64,000 bases of DNA from Candidatus Nanopelagicales bacterium. GTDB taxonomy: Bacteria > Actinomycetota > Actinomycetes > S36-B12 > GCA-2699445. Position numbers and translations under genes: made by a program. The stretch is taken from positions 50,362-114,361 of the forward strand of contig JAXLSJ010000007.1 in the NCBI GenBank assembly GCA_046330625.1. The letters are read 5' to 3'. This document shows, in pieces, positions 51,961 through 63,300 of the stretch. Below the pieces are notes generated by a model, which saw only the letters and a list, made by a program, of their open reading frames with translations, did not search any database and was not told where the DNA came from. Position 1 is the first letter of the stretch, and every line of letters starts with the position of its first letter.

Positions 51961-53405
51961 GCCACGAATCGCACGCCCCGGTCCCGCAGGCGCCCGTAGC
52001 GCATCGTGATCAGATCCAGCGGATAGTTCTGCCGCAACCGCCAGGGCCAGGCGTGCCCCTGCCGGGGCAGGCGGTCCAGCGCCCGGGCGACATAGCCCGA
52101 CTTGAGGTCGATGATCGGCTCCCCCGCGCCGTCGGGCGGGCGCTGCGGGATGACCTCGTCGTAGCCGTGCCGGTCCAGGTAACGCAGGAGGCGGCAGAAG
52201 TAGTCGGCGACCAGGTCGGCTTTCAACGTCCAGGACGCGTTGGTGTAGCCGACGGCGAACACGAGGTTCGGCACCCCGGTCAACATCGCCCCGCGATAGG
52301 TGACCTCGTCGCGCTGATCCACCTGCCGCCCGTCCACGACGATCGTGATCCCGCCGAACGGCAGCAACGTCAGACCGGTGGCGAGCACCACGACGTCGGC
52401 GTCGATGGTGTCCCCCGATGACAGGCGCACCCCGCCGGGGGTGAACGTGTCGATGTTGCCGGTGACGATCTCCGCGCTGCCGTCGGCGATGGCGTGGAAC
52501 AGGTCGCCGTCGGCCGCCAGGCACAGCCGCTGATCCCACGGGTCGTAGCGCGGGGTCAGGTTGGGGTCGAACGGATAGTCGGCCGGGAGGATCTTGGCCT
52601 GCTCGTCGTGGATGAAGCGCCGCATCACCTCGGGGCGGCGGCGACTGAACTGGAACGACAACTGTTGGACCAGCACGTTCTTGGTGCGGATCATCCGGTA
52701 GGCCGCCTTCGCCGGCAACCTCCGTCGCGCCCAGTCGGCGATCGGGTCGGTGGCGGGCAGCGGCAGGATGTGGGTCGGCGACCGCTGGAGCATGGTCACG
52801 CGACCGGCCGTGGCCGCCATCGCCGGGACGATCGTGACTGCCGTGGCCCCCGAACCGACCACGACCACCCGCTTGCCGGCGTAGTCGAGGTCCGCCGGCC
52901 AGTGCTGGGCGTGCACCACCGGACCGGCGAACGACGCCAAGCCCGGCAGATCCGGGGTGTACCCGTTGTCGTAGTCGTAGTACCCGGTGCACCCGTACAC
53001 GAAGTCCGCGGTCATCGTGCTCGTCGGAGCAGACGGATCGTCCGTGTGCTGCAGGGTGAGGGTCCAGCGGCGGTCCTGGCCGGACCAGTCCGCGCGCACG
53101 ACCTTGCGGTGGTAGCGGATCCGGTCGGTCACCCCGTACTCGGCGGCGGTGTCGGCGATGTAGGTCAAGATCGTGTCGCCGTCGGCGATCGCCTTGGGCG
53201 CGGTCCAGGGCCGGAACGCATAGCCCAGGGTGAACATGTCGGAGTCCGACCGGATACCCGGGTATCGGAACAGATCCCACGTGCCGCCCAGGGCATCCCG
53301 GGCCTCGAGCACGACGAACGTCTTGTCCGGCAGTCGCCGGGTCAGGTGACAGGCCGCGCCGACCCCCGACAGCCCCGCGCCGATGATGGCCACGTCCACA
53401 TGCAT
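51897..53405 (-). CDS. flavin-dependent (Baeyer-Villiger type) monooxygenase
   Basis: ATG 53405 gives MHVDVAIIGAGLSGVGAA (FAD GxGxxG). BVMO fingerprint FAGPVVHAQHW. Second Rossmann motif VVVVGSGATAV. Confidence 0.85.
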   Translation of the reverse strand: MHVDVAIIGAGLSGVGAACHLTRRLPDKTFVVLEARDALGGTWDLFRYPGIRSDSDMFTLGYAFRPWTAPKAIADGDTILTYIADTAAEYGVTDRIRYHRKVVRADWSGQDRRWTLTLQHTDDPSAPTSTMTADFVYGCTGYYDYDNGYTPDLPGLASFAGPVVHAQHWPADLDYAGKRVVVVGSGATAVTIVPAMAATAGRVTMLQRSPTHILPLPATDPIADWARRRLPAKAAYRMIRTKNVLVQQLSFQFSRRRPEVMRRFIHDEQAKILPADYPFDPNLTPRYDPWDQRLCLAADGDLFHAIADGSAEIVTGNIDTFTPGGVRLSSGDTIDADVVVLATGLTLLPFGGITIVVDGRQVDQRDEVTYRGAMLTGVPNLVFAVGYTNASWTLKADLVADYFCRLLRYLDRHGYDEVIPQRPPDGAGEPIIDLKSGYVARALDRLPRQGHAWPWRLRQNYPLDLITMRYGRLRDRGVRFVAQRTKSGSRRSSTSSSRVRSS

Positions 53406-53443
53406 GACCCCATCGTGGCCCAGTCCACCACCTGATGCCGGGA

Positions 53444-54436
53444 CTACTCCTGCGAGCCCACCGGCCGGGTCGACGCCCGCTCCACGATGCGCCAGGGAAG
53501 GTCGACGGTCTCGAACTCCCCACCCTCGAGCACCCGTTGCGCAAGGTCCGCGATGGCACGCCCGCAGCCGTCGCCGTCGAGGAACACCGCCGATGCCGGC
53601 GGGTCGAACAGCGGCTCGAGCACACCATTGCCGATCGCCATCACCTGGACGTCGTCGGGACACGAGCGCCCGGTCGAGCGGATGCCGTCGAACACCGCCT
53701 GGACCTCGCCGCCGAGGCAGAAGATGCCGTCGACCCCGGCATCGGCGGCGGCCGCGGCGATGGCGCGGGTACCCTCGGTGTCCCCCGACGGTTCCAGCAC
53801 GATCGGGTCCCAGCCGCCCGCCGAGCACCACCTCCGATAGCCGGACTCGGCAGCGCTGCTGATCGAATCGTGGTCCGACAGCGGCAGCAGCGCCACCTGT
53901 CGAGACCCCCGCCGGCGGAGCAGATCGCATACCTGGCGGGTGATGGCCGCGAAATCGTGGCCCATGGCGGCCGCGGCATGTTCGGTGGGTTGCCCGCGTT
54001 CGACGATCTGCCGGGCCCCGGGGGGCAAGGCGGCCGGCTGGGTGATCGACAGGACCACGAACAGGTCCACCGACAACTGGGACAGCGATTCGACGGACGC
54101 GGCGGTGGTCTGCACCACCCACATGCCGTGGTCGGAGAGATCTCCCATGAGCCGCATGCCCAACGAGAACCAGAAAGCCTGGGCCTTGCGGCTGAGCTCA
54201 CCGAAGGACGGGCCGTCCACGACCACCGCGACCACGTCGGGACGGCGGGCGCCGGACTGGAACGCCCGGGCAACGGGGTCGGGCACATATCCCAGTCGAG
54301 CGGCCGCTGCCCGGATCAATGCGACCGTCTCGGGCCGGACCTTGCCCTCGCCCCGCAGCGCCCGCGACGCCGTCGACGGATGGACGTGAGCCAGCCGGGC
54401 CACGTCGATGATCGTGGGGCGCTTGTCCTGGTTCAT
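53444..54436 (-). CDS. LacI family transcriptional regulator
   Basis: ATG 54436 gives MNQDKRPTIIDVARLAHVHPSTASRALRGEGKVRPETVALIRAAAARLGY (LacI HTH) plus a periplasmic-binding-fold C-domain. Confidence 0.85.
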   Translation of the reverse strand: MNQDKRPTIIDVARLAHVHPSTASRALRGEGKVRPETVALIRAAAARLGYVPDPVARAFQSGARRPDVVAVVVDGPSFGELSRKAQAFWFSLGMRLMGDLSDHGMWVVQTTAASVESLSQLSVDLFVVLSITQPAALPPGARQIVERGQPTEHAAAAMGHDFAAITRQVCDLLRRRGSRQVALLPLSDHDSISSAAESGYRRWCSAGGWDPIVLEPSGDTEGTRAIAAAAADAGVDGIFCLGGEVQAVFDGIRSTGRSCPDDVQVMAIGNGVLEPLFDPPASAVFLDGDGCGRAIADLAQRVLEGGEFETVDLPWRIVERASTRPVGSQE

Positions 54437-54742
54437 GCCGCTTCCGTCGTGGTGCTCCCTGGATTGTGCTCCCTTCCGGAGGGCAACGAGCAACGGCAAA
54501 CGTTTGCCTTTCGGATCCCGTCCCGGGCGTGCCGATGCCAGGGACAGACTGACCGCGTCCGGGACCGCCCGGCAGCACACCTGGGAGGGGCCCATGCGGC
54601 AATCCACCTCCGGAGCCACCGCCCCATCCGTTCTCTGGTCGACCCCTCGACTGACCCTGATGGTGGCAGGCGGCCGCGCCGAGAACGGTGGCAGCAGCCG
54701 CGCCACCGACGGCGGCAGCGCGAGCTACGGGAGTTGACGGCG

Positions 54743-55786
54743 ATGAACGGCAAGATCGTGACCGGAGCCCTGTTCGCGAGCCTCGTGGTCGCCGGCGCAG
54801 CGCACGCAACTGTGACCGGGACATCCGGCGAACCCCAGAAAGACCCGGAGTATCTCAGCGACGCCGCCCGTCGGGCGGCGCCCCCCAAGCAACAGCGGAT
54901 CGCCGCCGCTGTGGTCGCCAGCGGCTCGGTGACCGGCACCGTGACCGCCCAGGGCACCGTAGTCCCAGGTGCTTTCGTGGAGCTGTACACGGCCACCGGC
55001 AACTTCATGAACGACACCGTGACGAATGCCGCCGGCGCCTACTCGATCGGCCCCATCCAGGCCGGCCCGTACAAGGTGCGGGTGACCCCCCCGGCAGGCC
55101 GCACCGACCGTGCCGCCACCTGGGTCGGCGGGCGGGGCCTGCTCAGCGCTCGCCAACTCGACGTCACCGGCGAGCCCGTGACCGCCGACGCGGACATCCC
55201 CGCCGCCGTCTCTGTCCGCGGGCTGGTCCAGCATGCTCCGGGAGCCGGCAGCGCCGTGCGGGTGTGCGGTGAGTCGTACCTGGACTGCCGGCTCGGCGCG
55301 GTCGGGGCCGACGGAGGCTTTCGGATCGTCGGCGCACCGGCAGGGGACGTGTCGATCGCGTTGCTGCCGAAGGGCCACGGCCTACCGCTCGTCTTCCCGA
55401 AGACCCCACCCCGTCCGACGGTCACGCTGGTCGCAGACCGGACCACGCGGATCGAGATCGACGCCGCCAGCCAGGTCGCACCCATCGTGACCTACCGCGC
55501 ACTGCCCGACACCACGCCACCGGTGATCACGTCGGCCCGCCTGACGTGGCCCCGCGGGGTGCGGTTCGTGACCGTGCGAGCCAAGGACGAGGCCACCGGC
55601 GTCAATCGGATGCAACTACGGGTGGGCGGCGTCAACCAGACGACGCGGGCGTTCCAGCTTGCTCCGATCCGCGTTCCCGGGACGGCCACGGTGCGCGTGC
55701 GGGTGCGGGACGGAGCGGGCAATTGGTCGGGCTGGGTCACGGCGACCGGGCAACCGCCCGCAGCAGCGAAGGGGGCGGGGCGATGA
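54743..55786 (+). CDS. secreted carboxypeptidase-regulatory-like (CarboxypepD_reg) domain protein
   Basis: ATG 54743. Signal peptide MNGKIVTGALFASLVVAGAAHA. GTVTAQGTVVPGAFVELYTATGNFMNDTVTNAAGAYSIGPIQAGPYKV. Confidence 0.6.
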   Translation: MNGKIVTGALFASLVVAGAAHATVTGTSGEPQKDPEYLSDAARRAAPPKQQRIAAAVVASGSVTGTVTAQGTVVPGAFVELYTATGNFMNDTVTNAAGAYSIGPIQAGPYKVRVTPPAGRTDRAATWVGGRGLLSARQLDVTGEPVTADADIPAAVSVRGLVQHAPGAGSAVRVCGESYLDCRLGAVGADGGFRIVGAPAGDVSIALLPKGHGLPLVFPKTPPRPTVTLVADRTTRIEIDAASQVAPIVTYRALPDTTPPVITSARLTWPRGVRFVTVRAKDEATGVNRMQLRVGGVNQTTRAFQLAPIRVPGTATVRVRVRDGAGNWSGWVTATGQPPAAAKGAGR

Positions 55787-57626
55787 AGCGTCTGGCGATC
55801 CCGATGTCGGGGTTGGTGGCGGTCGCGACCCTGATGTCGGTTCCGGCGGCACACGCCGACACGCAGTTGTTCCTCGAGGACTTCGAGTCTTGCGGCGCCA
55901 CTGGTGACTACGCCACCCTGACCGGCCTCGAGACCGCAAAGGGCTCGCCGGACCCCACCTACGTGACCCTCGACCTCATCTACCCCGATCCGACCCCGGT
56001 CTTGGCCTGCCCCGACTGGACCGAAGGGGGCCAGGCCTGGTTCGCCACGTACGAGAGCGGAACCGCGTTCCCCAGCCCGACCCGGGCCGCCTGGCTCAAC
56101 GAGGGTTCTGTCGGCGAGGGGGGCCAGGGGTACATCAGCCGGAATGTCAGCGGACTCACTCCCGGGACCACGTACCGACTCAGCGCGATCGCCTGGACGG
56201 ACAACGTCGATGCCCCGACGGCACTCAACTACTCGTTCGGCCCACTGTCCGGATCACTGCCGATGTCCGCAGGGTCGGGACAGCAAAGCCTGGAAGGCAC
56301 CCTGTGCGCGTCCTCGACGACCCTGGACCTGACCCTGAGCGGCTCCAACGACACCGGCGCATCACCAGTGGTGGACAACGTGAAGCTGGAGGACGTCGGC
56401 GCTCCCTGCGTGATCGTGGCGGACCGCACGATGAGCATGGGCGTCGGGGCCGGCGACTCGGTCGACCTGTCCACCACCACCGGCTGGGACGGGAACTCGC
56501 CCCCGAGCCCCCCGAACGCGGTCACCTACAGCATCGTCGGGGGTACGTATAGCGGCCAGGCGTCACTGGTCGGCAGCACCCTGTCCTACACCGCGGACGC
56601 GGCCGACGCCGGGCGGACCGTCGTCATCGACTACCGGGTCTGCCCCACCGGGGTGTCCGCCTCGCCACCGTGCTCGGATGCGAAGGTGTCGGTCACCGTC
56701 TCGAACCTGACCGACCCGACGGCCCGAATCTACGGAAGTCCCGACAGCACCGGACCGGCGATCACGTCGGCTCCGCGCCTGGGCGACGACCCGGATCGGT
56801 ACATGGCGTCCTACACCGGGCTGATCGGGGCCAACGGTGTCGACGTCACGTTCACTCCCCTGTGCGACGATGGCGAGGGAGGCTGGTGGGGAACTCCGGC
56901 CGTGGCCAGCCCCGACTCCATCGATTCCGGCGACTACTCCACGAGCCTTTCCTGCGGCGGGAGCACTCTGGTTCGCTACAAGATAGACGTGACCGTGGAC
57001 CCGTCGTCGTGCCTGGTGACGGGGGGTCTCGCCTCCGGCACCTACCCCGTCACCACCGACCAGCAGTCGAACGCCGACACGGGCACGAATCTGCCGCCGC
57101 CGAACGACGGCGTCGCCGCCTACGTCGCCTCCGCCACATCGGAGTCGGGGTCCAAGGAGTTCTCGCCGGTGCGGTTGGCGGGCGTCTACCTACCGGCCGC
57201 CCGGACCTGCCCTCCGGCGGGCCCGACGGTGCTCTCGTCCAGCACCACGCAGGGGGCAAGTGGCCGATCGACTATGCGCAGACCGCCCCCAGCAACGGCG
57301 GGTCGGCGCTGTTACCCACGGCCGACAGCCTCGGGGTCACGGGTCAGTACCGCGTCCTCGCGAAACCCTTGCCTTTCGTGGGCGGAGCGCCGGGTGGTGG
57401 CTACCGCAGCACCTACGGGCGTTGCCTGGCCACGAACACGGCCACTCCCGGGGAGTGCGACCTCGGCGGGGTCGGGGTCACCACCGGCGGCGTCGACGGC
57501 CACTGGGACCCGGCCGGCTGCGCTGGGCAGACCATCGACGTCCGCAGCCGCCTGATGACGGCCATGGGATACGGCCTCTGGAGTGACGCCACCTCCCACA
57601 GCATGGGCGAGGATCCCTGCACCTGA
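55783..57626 (+). pseudogene. secreted CBM/jelly-roll-like plus Ig-like domain protein, frame broken at a G5 run
   Basis: ATGA overlap with the upstream gene. MKRLAIPMSGLVAVATLMSVPAAHA. A plausible protein runs to about 57251 in frame 1 and from about 57257 in frame 3 (GKWPIDYAQTAPSNGGSALLPTADSLGVTGQYRV...EDPCT, stop 57626). After the switch point each discontinued frame becomes Arg/Pro/Ser-rich nonsense. Confidence 0.55.
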
Positions 57627-57654
57627 GCCGACCCGACAGGCCGATACTGGAGGT

Positions 57655-58617
57655 ATGAGCAGCCCGCGGGTGGCGGTGTTCGGATCGCACCCGATCCTGA
57701 CCATCACGGTGGAGACCCGAGCCACCGGCGACAGCGACGACATCCACGTCCACGCCGGCGGACAGGGGGTGTGGGTGGCGCGCATGGCCGGCGAGATCGG
57801 GGCGGAACCCGTCCTGTGCGGCACCGCCGGCGGCGAGACCGGAGCCGTGGTCGCCGGACTGCTCGCCGACCTGCCCTTCGAGTCCCGGCTGGTACGGGTC
57901 AGCGCCCCCAGCGGGTGCTACGTCATCGACCGGCGCAGCGGGGAACGTCGCCCGTTCGCAACCGCGTGGAGCCTTCCGCTGACCCGGCACGAGTTGGACG
58001 ACCTGTTCTCGACCACCGTGTCCGCCGCCATCGCTGCGGACGTCCTCGTGGTGACCAATCCCCTGCCCGGTGACGCCCTGCCCGGCGAGTTCTACCGCAA
58101 CCTCGTCGCCGACGTGCGCAGCATGGGCACCCCGGTGCTGGTGGACCTGTCCCCGCCGCGCCTGGACGCTGCTCTGCGCGGCGGTCCCGATCTGGTCAAA
58201 CTCAACGACTGGGAACTGGCGCAGTTCGTGACCGGTCCGGTCGACTCCGAACCCGACCGACGCGCCGCGGTCACCCGACTCCACGATCAGGGGGCGCGCA
58301 GCGTCATCGTGACCAGAGGCGGGCTCCCGGCGTACGCGACGGCCGAGGACGGCACGACGTACGAGTTCACCCCGCCCCGGTTCGATCACGGGTCGCCCGA
58401 GGGATGTGGCGACTCGATGATGGGCGGCATGGCCACCGGCTGGGCGCGAGGCCTGCCCTGGCAGGACGTGATCACCCTCGGCATGGCGGCCGGCGCGGCC
58501 AACTTCCTGCGCCATGGCCTGGGCACCGGGGTCCGCGCGATGGTCGAGCAACTCACGCCGCAGATCCGGTGCCGCGTCGTCCCCGACCCCGCGTCGGCCC
58601 CGACGTCAGAAGGGTGA
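57655..58617 (+). CDS. PfkB family carbohydrate kinase (1-phosphofructokinase-like)
   Basis: ATG 57655. GGQGVWVARM and a C-terminal SPEGCGDSMMGG (PfkB DTxGAGD-type site, variant). Confidence 0.7.
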   Translation: MSSPRVAVFGSHPILTITVETRATGDSDDIHVHAGGQGVWVARMAGEIGAEPVLCGTAGGETGAVVAGLLADLPFESRLVRVSAPSGCYVIDRRSGERRPFATAWSLPLTRHELDDLFSTTVSAAIAADVLVVTNPLPGDALPGEFYRNLVADVRSMGTPVLVDLSPPRLDAALRGGPDLVKLNDWELAQFVTGPVDSEPDRRAAVTRLHDQGARSVIVTRGGLPAYATAEDGTTYEFTPPRFDHGSPEGCGDSMMGGMATGWARGLPWQDVITLGMAAGAANFLRHGLGTGVRAMVEQLTPQIRCRVVPDPASAPTSEG

Positions 58618-59328
58618 CGTCAGATCGTCGCCGGCGATGATGCCCGTGGGCGCGGCGCGCACGATCCAGTCCAGGTGATCGGCCAGCAGGGGCACACCCT
58701 CCAGGACCGCGAACCCGTGCGACAGAGTGGCCTCGCGGCCGAGCCGGGGATGGTGGCTGTCACTGGCGAGCACGTGGATCAGCCCCGCCTCGGCGAGCAT
58801 GCGCATCCCCCTGTCGGCCGGTGGATCGCTCATGGTCGCCGCCGTCGCCTGAACCAAGGCACCCTCGCCGACGAGCCGGGCGAGACGTTCGAACAGGTCG
58901 GCCACCAGGTGGCGTTCCGGGTGGGCGATCAGCGATCGGAACCCCCGCTGCCGCAAGGTGACGACCGCGTGGTCCAGCGAGTCGCTCAACGGCCCCGGCC
59001 GGGGTTCGAGCAGGATCCACCGCCCGCCACCGCCCAAGGACACCGCCGCCAACTCCGGGTCCGACAGGTGTTCGACGATGGTCTCGGCGACCTCGCCCCC
59101 CGGGAGCACCCGGGCACGACCACCGGCCTCGCGCACCGCGTCGTTCAGCGCCGCGATGCGGTCGGGCAATTCCTCGATCCGGACATCGTGATCGTGCCGG
59201 ATGTGCGGGGTGGCGCAGATCGTATGGACCCCGTCGCCGTCCGCCTGCGCGACCATCTCGACGCTGTGGCGGATGTCCGAGGGGCCGTCGTCGAGACCGG
59301 GCAGCACGTGGCAGTGCAGGTCGATCAC
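58606..59328 (-). CDS. CpsB/CapC-type PHP-domain protein-tyrosine phosphatase
   Basis: GVIDLHCHVLPGLDDGP from GTG 59328; ATPH; AHPER; ASDSHH metal-binding motifs. Confidence 0.72.
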   Translation of the reverse strand: MIDLHCHVLPGLDDGPSDIRHSVEMVAQADGDGVHTICATPHIRHDHDVRIEELPDRIAALNDAVREAGGRARVLPGGEVAETIVEHLSDPELAAVSLGGGGRWILLEPRPGPLSDSLDHAVVTLRQRGFRSLIAHPERHLVADLFERLARLVGEGALVQATAATMSDPPADRGMRMLAEAGLIHVLASDSHHPRLGREATLSHGFAVLEGVPLLADHLDWIVRAAPTGIIAGDDLTSPF

Positions 59329-59383
59329 CCCCCCAGTGTGCGACAGTTTCGCGCTCGCCGGACCGGGCAATAGAGTGCCGCCT

Positions 59384-60334
59384 ATGCACGTGTCGCCTCG
59401 TCGGTTGGGTTCCTGGGGGTTCGAGGTCGGCTCGATCGGGTTGGGCTGCATGTCCATGACCGGCGTCTACGACGTCGAGCAGCGCCAGGACGAGCGCTCC
59501 GAACAGACCATCCGCCGCGCCCTCGACCTGGGTGTCACCCTGCTCGACACGGCCGACTCCTACGGGCCCTTCACCAACGAACTCCTGGTTGGTCGGGCCA
59601 TCGCCGGTCATACCAACGCCGTCGTGTCCACGAAAGTGGGCCTGGTGGGCCGGTCCGACGGCCAGCAGTTGCGCAATGCCCGGCCCGATCACATCGTGAG
59701 CGCCGCGGACGCGTCGATCCGCCGGCTCCGGACCGATCGACTCGATCTCTACACGTTGCACTCCGCCGATCCCGAGGTCCCCCTGGCGGAGTCGTGGGAC
59801 GCCATGGGCGGCCTCGTGAGCAGCGGCAAGGTCCGCGCCCTCGGGATCATGACCACCCATCCGGCCGTCGTCGCGCATGTGCAGCAGCGCTTCCCCGTCT
59901 CGGCCGTGTTCACGGAGTTCTCCCTGTGGCGCCAGGACTCCCGCGATCTGGTCGACTGGTGCGGTCGGCGAGGCATCACGGTCCTGGCGACCAGCCCGCT
60001 CGGTCGGGGATTCCTCACCGGCACCTTGTCGCCGTCACGCACCTTCGCCTGGACCGACCTCCGATCCCGGCTGCCGCAGTTCTCCAGCCAGTCCCTGGCC
60101 GACAACCGCGAGATCGTCCAGAGGCTCACGTCCGTGGCACGACGCCATCGGGCGTCCGCCGCGCAGGTGGCGCTCGCGTGGGTGCTCGCCCAGGGCGACC
60201 ACATCGTGCCGCTCATGGGGACCAAACGCCCCGATCATCTCGAGGAGAACGCCCGCGCCGCCGAACTGCGCCTGACCGACCTCGACATGCGCCAACTGGC
60301 GGGTGAGGATATCACCGAAGAGCTCCTGGGCTGA
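59384..60334 (+). CDS. aldo/keto reductase
   Basis: ATG 59384. LGLGCMSMTG, LDTADSYGPFTNELLVG, STKVG. Confidence 0.88.
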   Translation: MHVSPRRLGSWGFEVGSIGLGCMSMTGVYDVEQRQDERSEQTIRRALDLGVTLLDTADSYGPFTNELLVGRAIAGHTNAVVSTKVGLVGRSDGQQLRNARPDHIVSAADASIRRLRTDRLDLYTLHSADPEVPLAESWDAMGGLVSSGKVRALGIMTTHPAVVAHVQQRFPVSAVFTEFSLWRQDSRDLVDWCGRRGITVLATSPLGRGFLTGTLSPSRTFAWTDLRSRLPQFSSQSLADNREIVQRLTSVARRHRASAAQVALAWVLAQGDHIVPLMGTKRPDHLEENARAAELRLTDLDMRQLAGEDITEELLG

Positions 60335-60391
60335 CCCGCCGACCTGCCGCAGCGGTTGCGGAACTCCTGCTCGCGCGGTACTTGTACGTCT

Positions 60392-63300
60392 ATGGATGTG
60401 CCCGCGCACGGCCCACCGCCGGGCCGGCGGGCGGGATCGCCCAGCTCTGCCGGCGCTCCGGACCGGAGCCGACTCGCGGCGCTGGACTCCATGCTGGAAC
60501 CGCTGTCGATCATGCGCTCGGTGCGGGACGACGACGGCACGATCATCGACTTCGAGTGGACCTACATCAACCGCGCCGGCGCAGCGGAGATGATGCTGCC
60601 CGTCGAAGGCCTGATCGGAAGTCGACTGCTGGAACGGCTGCCCGAACACCGCAACGGCCTCTTCGACACCTACGTCCGGGTGGTCGAGACCGGAGAGCCC
60701 TTCGAGGTGACGGAACTCGGCTACGACGACACCTGGGAGACCGCCGAGGTGCAGCCGCGGGTGTTCGACATCCGGGCGATCCGGGTCGACGACGGATTCG
60801 CGGTCTCGTGGAACGACGTGACCGAACGGGTGGCCAACCGCGCGGCGCTGGCCCGCAGCGAACAACTGTTCCGCCGCGCCATGCAGGACTCGGCCGTGGG
60901 CATGACCCTGGTCACCCGCGACGGCTCCTTCGTGGACGTCAACCAGGCGATGTGCGACTTCCTCGGCCACGACGCCGACACCCTCATGGCCGGCCATTGG
61001 CAGGAGTTCACCCACCCCGACGACGTAGCCACAGAAGAAACTCACTTGCGCCGCCTGCTCACCGGCGAGATCGACACGTATCGGATCACCAAGCGCTACC
61101 TCCACGCCGACGGCTCGGTGCTGGTGGGCGACCTCAGCGTGAGCGGGATCCGCAATGACGACGGTCAGATCACCGGGTGTGTACGGCAGGTCATCGACAT
61201 GACCGCACAGGCGCGGCTGGTCGAGGGCCTGGCCGCCACGACGCGGGACTTCCAGTTACTGGCCGACAACATCAGCGACGTGGTCGTGATGTACGGACCC
61301 GACGGGTCGGTCCAATGGGCCTCTCCGTCGCTGAAGACCTTCCTGGGCATCGCTGTCGAGAACGTGATCGGCAAGACCACGCCGTTTATCCATCCGGACG
61401 ACCGGGAGCAGTCGTTGAGGTGTTCCGGCGGCGATCCGTGATCCGGGCGCGCCACCTGCGCAACCGCGCCCGTGTGGTGGCGGCCGACAGGTCGACCCCG
61501 TGGGTGGACTCCTCGATCGAACTGGTGTGGGGCGACGACGGAACACTCCAGCACGAGATCGTCCTGATGCGCGATGTCTCCGCGGAGGTCGAGGCGCTGA
61601 ACACCCTGGCGGCCAGCGAGGAGCGGTTCCGCCGCGCTATGCACGACGCGGGGATCGGAATGTGCCTGATCGCCCCCGACGGCACATTCATGGAGGTCAA
61701 CCCCTCCTTGTGCGAGTTCTTCGGCTACGACGCCGAGACCCTGAAGACCAAGACGTGGCAGGAGCTCACCCATCCCGACGACCTAGAGGTCGACCTGGCC
61801 CAGGTCCAGCGCGTGATGAGCGGCGAGATCGACACCTACCGGCTGACTAAGCGGTACCTCGCTGCGGACGGATCGACCCTCGTGGGTGATCTCAGCGTCA
61901 GCACGATCCGCGACCGGGACGGCGCCGTCACCCAGTTCGTCTCGCAGATCGTGGACATCACCGAGCAGACCCGGGTCATGCACCAGTTGGAGCAGTCGGA
62001 GGAACACTTCCGACTGTTGGCGGACCACACCGCCGAGGTCGTGGTCCGCGGCGACACCGACGGCGTCATCGTCTGGATCTCCCACTCCATCACGCAGGCC
62101 AGAGGCTGGCTCCCGGAGGACCTGATCGGCACCCCGTTCCTCGATCTCGTGCACCCGGAAGACGTCGAGTCGGTGCGGGCGATCCTCCCGGGACTGCAGG
62201 AAGGTGTCCCCGGGCGCTTCGAGGTCCGGATCCGGGGCAAGGACGGCAGCTATCGCTGGTTCGCCAACACGGTCAATCCCGTGCTCGACGATTCGGGCCG
62301 AGTCACGGCACGGGTGGCGAATTGGCGTGATATCGACGACGAGGTGGTCGCCCGGGACCTCGCCGCCCGGCGCGAGCTCGAGTTCCGGCAACTGGCGGAG
62401 CATGCCGCCGACATCGTCATCCGCGTGGGTCCGGACAACCTCATCGACTGGGTGTCGCCCTCGGTGTCCGACCTGTTGGGGTGGCGTCCGGCAGAGATGG
62501 TGGGTCGGCGACCGGTGGACTTCCTCGCGCCCGAGGATCTCGAGGGATTCATCCGGGCGGTCCAGGACCTGCAACCCGGGGTCCCCGGCCGCATGATCGG
62601 CCCGGTTGCGGGCCGCCAATGGCGACTTCCACTGGTTCGCCAACACCGCCACGCGCATCACCGACGCCGCGGGCCACGAACTGGGTCGGGTCGTCGGCAT
62701 GCGCAACATCGACGCCGAGGTCGAGGCGATGGCGACACTGACGCAGAGCGAGGCTCGCGCCGAGTCGGCGATGACCTCGGCGCCAGGAGGTATGGCGATG
62801 GTCGACCTGGAGCGCCGGTTCATCCAGGTGAACGACGCCATGGCCACCATGCTCGGCCGCGAGCGGACCTGGTTCGAGGGCCGGGGCATCTGGGAGATCC
62901 TCCCGCCCGAGGACGACATCGCGGACCAGCAGATGCGCAGCCGGCTCCACGCCGGCGACGCCGAGTCGCAGGTCGGCGAACGACGGCTGCTCACGGCCGA
63001 GGGATCGGTGATCTGGGTCCAGCACGCGATCGGTCTGGTCCGCGACGCGCATGGCCGTCCCCGCTCGTACGTGTCCCAGTTCGTGGACATCACCCACACC
63101 AAACGTCGCGCCGAGCAACTGGAGTACCTGGCGAGTCACGACCCGCTCACCAAACTCCCGAATCGACGGGCGCTCGACCGCGAACTGGCCCTGCTCGCCG
63201 AGGCCCCTCGGCGCACCGGACCACTCGCGGCCCTGTTCATCGACCTCGACCAGTTGAAACCCATCAATGACGAGCTCGGGCACGCCATCGGCGACGAGAT

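Noticed and set aside
50944-53628. 894-aa minus-strand ORF and the 5' extension of 51897..54122
   Set aside because: These are out-of-frame or antisense relative to the alpha/beta hydrolase, BVMO and LacI genes, all of which carry clear motifs. The translation is Arg/Pro/Gly-rich.
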